Source: Chthoniobacteraceae bacterium (GTDB lineage Bacteria; Verrucomicrobiota; Verrucomicrobiia; Chthoniobacterales; Chthoniobacteraceae). Taken from it: a DNA stretch of 16,970 nt. The translations under genes and the position numbers were made by a program. A model generated the notes under the pieces. It was not told where the DNA came from, ran no database searches, and saw only the letters and a list, made by a program, of their open reading frames with translations. The stretch covers positions 1 to 16,970 of the forward strand of contig JANNXQ010000138.1 in NCBI GenBank assembly GCA_031409655.1, in the 5' to 3' direction. Within the stretch, counting starts at the first letter, position 1, and every line of letters begins with the position of its first letter. Positions 7,822 to 14,164 of this stretch are shown here, in pieces.

Positions 7822-8853
7822 CTACGACGCCGGCGCATCAGCGCCCGCCTCCGGTTGCCGCGACGAACCCACCAACAAGGCCAGCCCGACCAGCCCAAGC
7901 ACCCCGGCGATGATTCCGCTGACGAGCGACACTTCTGGAAACCCCGGCTCGCCGATGATCTCCAAGCCCGTGAGGACGGGCGTTCCGACGTGGTTCACGC
8001 TGAACATCACGGTGAAGACGAAGCCCGCGATCATTTCGAGAATGTAAAACGCGAGGGCGATCTTTGGCAGGGTCCGCAGGCCGCTCGGCAGGGTGCGCCC
8101 GGCCTGCCGCACCAGCGCCACGATGCAGGCGATGAAGCCGCAGAGCGTGACGATCATCCCGAGCGCAAAGAGCGGCTCTTTCCGCAGCGCGAAGGCGAGC
8201 CCCGCCAGCACGGCCTCGGCGAGCAGCAGGCTGATGAGAAAAGCGTGCGGCTTGGTGCTCGCCCGAGTGACCGGCGCAGTCGTCGGCTTGACCGGTCCGA
8301 ACCGCGCGACCGCGGCATGATCCGGCGCGACCCACGGGGCGGCGAGATACTCTTCTTCCGTCAAGCGGCCCTGCGCTTCTTCGATGCTCGGTCGCACGAT
8401 CTCGAGCACCTTCAGCGCCACGGGCAGACGGCTGAGACTCGGGAGTTGCTCAAGTTGCACCGCCGTGCGCACGTGCGTCTGGCAGGTGGGGCCGCGGAAG
8501 GTATTGATGAGGATGAAGACCAGCCAGAACGCCGCGATGACGGCCGCCTCAGCCAAGGGCACAGTGCTCTCGCCTGACGTGTACCAGAAGGCGACGAATG
8601 GCCCCGCCGTGATGAGAACAGCCGCGAAGAGCGCCCAATTCCAAACCTGCCGCCCGGCGGTGCGGCGGGTCACGAAACCCTCGATATCGCGAAAGTAAAA
8701 GCGCCGGTAGCTCTCCGAGGCGATCGTGGAATCCACAGCCAGCAGATGGTCCGGCCCCAGCCACAGTCGGCAGCGCGTGGCACTGATCGCGGCGATCGCC
8801 CGCCGCAGCCCACGGCCCGGCAGCTTGATGTAAGAGATGGGTTCCGTGGCCAT
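7822..8853 (-). CDS. Hypothetical multi-pass membrane protein
   Basis: Start at ATG 8853 (MATEPISY), 4 nt after the upstream stop. It has 2 + 4 hydrophobic segments. Confidence 0.8.
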   Translation of the reverse strand: MATEPISYIKLPGRGLRRAIAAISATRCRLWLGPDHLLAVDSTIASESYRRFYFRDIEGFVTRRTAGRQVWNWALFAAVLITAGPFVAFWYTSGESTVPLAEAAVIAAFWLVFILINTFRGPTCQTHVRTAVQLEQLPSLSRLPVALKVLEIVRPSIEEAQGRLTEEEYLAAPWVAPDHAAVARFGPVKPTTAPVTRASTKPHAFLISLLLAEAVLAGLAFALRKEPLFALGMIVTLCGFIACIVALVRQAGRTLPSGLRTLPKIALAFYILEMIAGFVFTVMFSVNHVGTPVLTGLEIIGEPGFPEVSLVSGIIAGVLGLVGLALLVGSSRQPEAGADAPAS

Positions 8854-8857
8854 GGGG

Positions 8858-9436
8858 TCAGGGATTGCGGCCGATGGAAACGAAGACCGCGACCCAGCCG
8901 AGGATCTGGAGCACGCCAAGGATGATGGCGAGCACGGCGCGCCATTTCCCGCGCCGGATGATGCTCGAAGGCGCATTCCAATAGCGGATCGCGAGATAGA
9001 TCGCGATGGGCGCGCCGAGGAGCGTCGGCCAGACGAAGATCATGGGGTACACCGCGACCGCGAGCGCCATGCTGTCGTAGAGCGTCCGCGAATTTTCGAG
9101 CTGCTTCAGCCGGCCTTTTTTCTTCCCGGATTCCAGGCAGCCGGGGCACAGGTGCGCGCCGCTGAGTTCCACATCGCAGACCGCGCAGAGGAAACGTCCG
9201 CAGCTTTCACACGGCACCACGGCCTTCTTCGCCGGATGGTAAAAGCAGCTCACCTCGCCTTCCGCGAGCACCTGTTCCGCGCTGGTCCCGAGGCCCGGCG
9301 GACGGAGCGCCGCGGGGAAGACCGCCACCCGATAGTCCGCGCCGCAGGCGAGGCACGGGCGCAGGGCCACGGAGTTATAGGACGCGGGCGGCAGGGGCGC
9401 GCGACACTTGGAGCAGGCGAGGAGGCGGGCGGTCAT
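8858..9436 (-). CDS. Zinc ribbon + B-box-like zinc finger membrane protein
   Basis: CSKC...CLAC, then CFYHPAKKAVVPCESCGRFLCAVCD...CPGC, with two C-terminal TM segments. Confidence 0.85.
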   Translation of the reverse strand: MTARLLACSKCRAPLPPASYNSVALRPCLACGADYRVAVFPAALRPPGLGTSAEQVLAEGEVSCFYHPAKKAVVPCESCGRFLCAVCDVELSGAHLCPGCLESGKKKGRLKQLENSRTLYDSMALAVAVYPMIFVWPTLLGAPIAIYLAIRYWNAPSSIIRRGKWRAVLAIILGVLQILGWVAVFVSIGRNP

Positions 9437-9439
9437 CCG

Positions 9440-10228
9440 TCACCGCTTCCGCACCACCCGGGTGCCGCACATGCGATCGTGCAGCGCACGTTTCTCCTCG
9501 TCGAAGCCCGCCATGATGTAGCCGATCATCAGAGTGAAAGCGCTGACGATCTCCGCAAAGTAACGACCCGCCGCGACGCCGTGAGTGACCGGTGAACCAT
9601 CGGCGCGGATGACTTCCAGCTTGCAGGCCATCTTGCCCGGGGTCGCCCCGAACTTGCCCAGGAAATAAACTTGGTACGCCAGCCCGATCAGGAGGCCGAG
9701 GACCACGCTCAGGATCGTCGTCGTGTTATTGCTCCCCAAGGTGAGCACGAGCGCAAAGCCGATCACCTGCCCAACGATGTTATTGATGATCCCATCCACG
9801 AACTTTGCCCCAAACCGAATCCAGAAGCCCGCATACTCGCGCTGACCGCTGACCAGTGCGCCTTCCTTCACCCGCTGGAAAAAGAGCGGCTTGCACTCGG
9901 CGCAGACCGTCTGGCCCTCGTAGGTGATCATTTCGTCCGGAGAAAAGGCGCGGCCGCATTGGCTGCACAGCCCTTCGCCCGCCACCCCACTCGAGCGGGG
10001 TCCAGTCGCCACGGCCACCGTCCCAGCCCCGCCCACCGCCGCCGCCGACGCCGCGCGCGAGGCCGCGGTGAGACCAGGCGCGACTTCGGAGTACGCCTGC
10101 CAGGCAGCCATGCCTTCGCACCAGACAAGCGTCTCCGGCTTGATCGTTCCCGCCGCGGCGAGTGCTTGAAAATCGGCTTCCGCGGTTGGACCGCGACGTT
10201 CGTTATTCTCTGCGTAGTACCATTTCAT
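9440..10228 (-). CDS. RDD family protein with N-terminal GYF_2 (DUF4339) domain and Cys4 zinc ribbon
   Basis: MKWYYAENNERRGP...GTIKPETLVWCEGMAAWQ (GYF_2), CSQC...CAEC, and AGFWIRFGAKFVD...GATPGKM...KRALHDRMCGTRVV (RDD). Start at ATG 10228. Confidence 0.9.
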   Translation of the reverse strand: MKWYYAENNERRGPTAEADFQALAAAGTIKPETLVWCEGMAAWQAYSEVAPGLTAASRAASAAAVGGAGTVAVATGPRSSGVAGEGLCSQCGRAFSPDEMITYEGQTVCAECKPLFFQRVKEGALVSGQREYAGFWIRFGAKFVDGIINNIVGQVIGFALVLTLGSNNTTTILSVVLGLLIGLAYQVYFLGKFGATPGKMACKLEVIRADGSPVTHGVAAGRYFAEIVSAFTLMIGYIMAGFDEEKRALHDRMCGTRVVRKR

Positions 10229-10341
10229 GAGAGGGAAACTTCGAGCTAGTAGTGGGCCGGGAGGTTGGCAATTCCCCGCTGGTTTGGGAAGTGTCCAGAT
10301 GGCACTCGCCGGAATTGCGCTAGTTCGGGGAAGCCGGCGTA

Positions 10342-10462
10342 GGAGCGCCGCCGTCCCGTGCGGCAAACGCAGCCATCGCGCGCAGCGCCTTTCCACGAAG
10401 GCCCAGGAGGTCTGGCGCGGCGCGCGTGTCGGCAGGATGGCCGCACGAGACGGCGGCGCTCC
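10342..10462. repeat. REP-like inverted pair
   Basis: GGAGCGCCGCCGTCCCGTGCGGC (10342-10364) and its inverted copy at 10440-10462, 22/23 identical. The pair is intergenic and has the GGAGCG head plus a hairpin. Confidence 0.78.
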
Positions 10463-10493
10463 CAGGGCATTTTCCCCGGTTCCTGGCAACCAT

Positions 10494-11378
10494 TCAGGAG
10501 CGCGTCTTCGGGATGGCAGGGACCGGCGACGCCGTGGACGGCACCTCCGCAGCCGGCGCCGGAACGGGCACCACGGGCGCTGTCCCCTCCGGCGCCGTCT
10601 TCGGAACCGGCGTGGCTTTCGGCTTCGGGACTGGCGGGCGGTCCATGGCGATCAACTCCGAGACGGTCACAAATTTGAGCCCTTTCGCCGTCAGCCCATC
10701 GAGCGTCTCGGGCATCGCATCGATGGTGCTTTTGTGGATGTCGTGCGCGAGGATGATCGAACCCGGAACTGCGTGCGAAAGGATGTGCGACTTCACATGC
10801 GCGGCGTTGCGCACCTTCCAATCCAGCGGATCGACATCCCACATGATGCATTTGTAGCCCCACTTCCGAAACGCCCAGCCTTGCTGATTCGGAGTAAAGG
10901 CTCCGTAGGGCGGTCGCATCACCTTGGGCGTCACGCCCGTGGTCTGGATGATGATGTCATGCGTTTTCCCGAGTTGCTCGGTCACGCCGCCTTCCCCCAT
11001 TTTCGTGAGCTGCGGATGCGACCACGAGTGGTTCGCGATCTCGTGCCCCTCGGCCACGATGCGCTTCATGATGTCGGGATATTCCGCCGCGCATTGGCCC
11101 ACGATGAAGAAGGTCGCCTTGATCTTGCGCTGCTTGAGCAGGTCCAGCAGCCGCGGGGTATTCGTGCCGTGCGGCCCGTCATCAAAGGTCATCGCGACGA
11201 AAGGGCCGTCCACACTGCACTGGCTGTAGGTGACCTTGGCCTGCGCCGGACGCACCTGCCCGACCGGCTCCGCCGTGCGCACCGGCATGGGCGTGGAGGG
11301 AGCGGGCACGGGTGCCGCCTTCGGTGCGGCGCTGGCCAGACTTGCGGTCGCGAGGAGGACGAAAAGGGAGCGGCTCAT
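10494..11378 (-). CDS. Secreted polysaccharide deacetylase (NodB/CE4 family)
   Basis: Signal peptide, motifs TFDDGP, HSWSH, RPPYG, DPLDW and LAHD, and Pro/Ala-rich tails. Confidence 0.95.
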   Translation of the reverse strand: MSRSLFVLLATASLASAAPKAAPVPAPSTPMPVRTAEPVGQVRPAQAKVTYSQCSVDGPFVAMTFDDGPHGTNTPRLLDLLKQRKIKATFFIVGQCAAEYPDIMKRIVAEGHEIANHSWSHPQLTKMGEGGVTEQLGKTHDIIIQTTGVTPKVMRPPYGAFTPNQQGWAFRKWGYKCIMWDVDPLDWKVRNAAHVKSHILSHAVPGSIILAHDIHKSTIDAMPETLDGLTAKGLKFVTVSELIAMDRPPVPKPKATPVPKTAPEGTAPVVPVPAPAAEVPSTASPVPAIPKTRS

Positions 11379-11499
11379 GGCTTGGACCGCACCAATGAAC
11401 TACCGGGCGCCGAATGTCTAACGACGAATTCTGACGGATTGGATATTTTCCGCGATGCCGCAGGTTCTCAAGCTAGGCGGCCGCGGGAACTGCGGAGGA

Positions 11500-12480
11500 T
11501 CACCGCACCGCCACCAATCGCCCATGCGCCAGCAGGCCCGCGCACCAGCGCTCCGGCACCCTCTGCGCCGCGCCGAGCAGCGCGCCCACCACGACTCCGC
11601 GATGGCAGTTATCTCCACCCACATTGGCATTCGCGATAATCCCGGCATCGAAATCGCCCGCATATTTCCACGCGAGATAGAGCGCCGCGGGAAAGGCATC
11701 TTTAATGTAACAAGCTGGGCTCAGCCGCCCGCCGATCACCTGCTCATCACCCTCCAGCGCCCAGGCCGCCATCTTCGCCGCCGAGACCCAGTCGGTCGCT
11801 TCGCTTTCGATCACCGCCCGGAGCGCCTGCCCGGCAAGCGTCCGCACGAGCACCCGCGTGAAGACATCCGCCGCCGCGAGCACTCCGGGATCCTGATGGG
11901 TGAGACCCACATGCGTCTGCACGATCTCCCGCAGCCGCGGTGCGTCTGGGCCGAGCGCCGCGACGAGCGCCGGCACGGGCGCGAGGCCGCCGATGTGGAC
12001 ATCCGCGATCCCGCACTTCGCGGGCTTCTTGCCCCGCGCGTAGTTCGTGAAAAAGGCGCGGTGATATTCCTCCACATAGGTATCGCGATGCCGGCCCGGC
12101 GTGAGCATGAAGTCGATATAGTGGGCCAGCCAGACCTCCGGATCGTAGCCCTCACGTGCCCGCACTTCCTCGTAGAGTTCCACGGCGAGTTGCAGGTTCA
12201 GCGTATTCTCCCCAGCCGCCAGGAACTGATGATAATGAACGCCCCGCCGGCCCCAATATTGCGCCTGCTCATGGAGGATATCGCCGCGCTCATTCGGCGG
12301 CGTGTAGCTCGAGCGCCAGAGGATGCTGTCCGCATGTGGGCTCTTCGGCGCCACATAGTGATCGACGCGGCCGTAGTCACGCCGCAGCGAGAGGCGGTCG
12401 TAATACCAATGCACCGGCATCGAGAGCGCATCAGCGGCCAGTGCTCCGAGAAAAGGATCGAGAGAGGAAGCAGTCGTCAT
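11500..12480 (-). CDS. ADP-ribosylglycohydrolase family protein
   Basis: GALAADALSMPVHWYYD, LTH and NANVGGDNCHRGVVVGALLGA match the family pattern, with non-canonical metal motifs. Confidence 0.85.
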   Translation of the reverse strand: MTTASSLDPFLGALAADALSMPVHWYYDRLSLRRDYGRVDHYVAPKSPHADSILWRSSYTPPNERGDILHEQAQYWGRRGVHYHQFLAAGENTLNLQLAVELYEEVRAREGYDPEVWLAHYIDFMLTPGRHRDTYVEEYHRAFFTNYARGKKPAKCGIADVHIGGLAPVPALVAALGPDAPRLREIVQTHVGLTHQDPGVLAAADVFTRVLVRTLAGQALRAVIESEATDWVSAAKMAAWALEGDEQVIGGRLSPACYIKDAFPAALYLAWKYAGDFDAGIIANANVGGDNCHRGVVVGALLGAAQRVPERWCAGLLAHGRLVAVR

Positions 12481-12556
12481 AAGTTGAATGGTGGATTTAC
12501 AGTATTACGCTTGAGCAGCGCGACCGGTTGAGCATTTCGGCGGAGCCAGGCGCAGT

Positions 12557-13654
12557 TCACCCCACGAGCTGGAATCCGCCAGAGCCGAGCTTCTCGCCAT
12601 TCACCAGCAAGTCCACCGCGTGTCTTCCGGCGTGATGTTTGCGCGTGGTGAAATCGCGGATAACCTGGCCCTTTGCGAGCGCGAGCTTTTCACCCGGTGC
12701 CAGCGTCACTTCCTTCCACTTGAAGACCTTTGCCGAAGTCGTGCCGGACTGCTTCACATAGTGGATCGCGTAGTCGATCACGAGCTTCTGGACCGCGCGC
12801 GCCGTGGACCGGAGGGCGAGGGAAATGGTCACCGCTTCCCCGAGGCGCAGGCGTTTCGGCGCGACGCTGAAAGTGTCCACGGCAATCTCCGCCCGCGCGC
12901 CCGCCCCGATCACGCCGAGCGCGCGGCGATCCCCATTTTTGATCAGCGTCCGCAGTGCGCGTTTTGCGATCCAGGCCGTGTGCGGCGTGGCGAGGCCCCA
13001 GGATTCGATGCGGTCGAGCACCCACGCGGGGTGATCCTTGGTGATGTCGTTGAGATGATTCGCGACCGACTTCCGCACATAGAGGCTCGGATCAGCTTTG
13101 AGGTTTTCGAGGATCGGCGCGGCGGGCGACGGATCGGTGATCAATGCGGTGAGCTTGAACGACCACGGCAGGCGCGGCCGACAGCCTTCGCTCGCCAGCC
13201 GACGCACGTGTTCATTTTCGTCCCCCGACCAATGCGTCATCACCCGTAACGTCCGCTGCAAATCGCGCCGCAAAAACTCGCGGATCGCAAACTCCGACGA
13301 ACCGAACTGTGTGAAGAACTTCAGCGCATCGAGCGAGCGATCGAAGTCCTCGCGTCCGTAGAGCCCGACAAAGTCCGGCAGCACCAGCGCGGTAAATCCT
13401 TCGCCCCAGCGCGGCGCCACCGCGCGCAGGAGCGCCACCGCTTTCCCATAGTCCTGCGGCAAAGTCTCCCGCAGCGCCTCCGTCGCCCGCCGCAAGCGCG
13501 CGAGCAGAGCCAGCGGCTCGAGCCCTGGCAGCGTGAGCGCGAGGAAACGCTTCTGGTCAAACTTCGGAAACGCCGCCGCCATGTCCCGCGCGATCTTCCG
13601 ATACCGCGCCTCGTTAAACATCTGCTTCAACGCCGGCGTTGCGGTGTCACTCAT
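12557..13654 (-). CDS. DNA alkylation repair protein (AlkC/AlkD-like helical-repeat family)
   Basis: FTQFGSSEFAIREFL, WSGDENEHVRRLASEGCRPRLPW, LKADPSLYVRKSVANHLNDITKDHP and C-terminal FTTRKHHAG. Start at ATG 13654 (ATGA overlap). Confidence 0.9.
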   Translation of the reverse strand: MSDTATPALKQMFNEARYRKIARDMAAAFPKFDQKRFLALTLPGLEPLALLARLRRATEALRETLPQDYGKAVALLRAVAPRWGEGFTALVLPDFVGLYGREDFDRSLDALKFFTQFGSSEFAIREFLRRDLQRTLRVMTHWSGDENEHVRRLASEGCRPRLPWSFKLTALITDPSPAAPILENLKADPSLYVRKSVANHLNDITKDHPAWVLDRIESWGLATPHTAWIAKRALRTLIKNGDRRALGVIGAGARAEIAVDTFSVAPKRLRLGEAVTISLALRSTARAVQKLVIDYAIHYVKQSGTTSAKVFKWKEVTLAPGEKLALAKGQVIRDFTTRKHHAGRHAVDLLVNGEKLGSGGFQLVG

Positions 13655-14148
13655 CGTTGCACCGCAATCTGTCTCGACAACCGCAGGCAGTAGAGCAGAG
13701 GGAGCGCGCCGAAGACGCCGAAGCTGCAGTCGATCAGCCGCCAGTAGAACGGGATGCCCCGGATCGGCCCGCAGATCAGCGCGAGCGGGATCACTCCGGC
13801 GCAGGCGATGAGGCCGATCTTCAGTACCCACGCATTGGCCACCGGCTCACGCCACGGACCGAGGAAAAAGAGCGCGATAGTGATGTGGCCGAAGGCCAGC
13901 CAGTCAGTGCCGTAAGCCAGCCACGGATATGCAGAATGCATCGCCCGCAAGCCCTCGCGGACTGTAGCAATCCAGAACACCAATCCACGCAGAGTGGCGG
14001 GCGCGGCGTCAGCGGGGATACCGAGGATTCGCGCAAGAAGTTCGAGTTCGTGGAGAAGCGGAAATGCGGTCACACCGCTAAGCACGAGTGCGACAATGAA
14101 CCCGCCGAGTACCAGTCGGTAGCGGCGCAGGGCGGTGTGAGGTTGCAC
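13651..14148 (-). CDS. Conserved hypothetical membrane protein
   Basis: 165 aa, GTG start 16 nt after the alaS stop, about 4 TM helices; YGTDWLAFGH and IRGIPFYWRLIDCSFG. Confidence 0.82.
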   Translation of the reverse strand: MQPHTALRRYRLVLGGFIVALVLSGVTAFPLLHELELLARILGIPADAAPATLRGLVFWIATVREGLRAMHSAYPWLAYGTDWLAFGHITIALFFLGPWREPVANAWVLKIGLIACAGVIPLALICGPIRGIPFYWRLIDCSFGVFGALPLLYCLRLSRQIAVQR

Positions 14149-14164
14149 GGTGTCGCCGGGAAAA

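Noticed and set aside
10240..10275. Sigma70-like promoter (TTGCCA-17 nt-TAGCTC on the minus strand)
   Set aside because: The -10 match is too weak to support from sequence alone.
10229..10489. 87-aa N-terminal extension of the RDD protein
   Set aside because: It runs through the REP-like palindrome, and the GYF_2 domain starts at MKWYY (10228).
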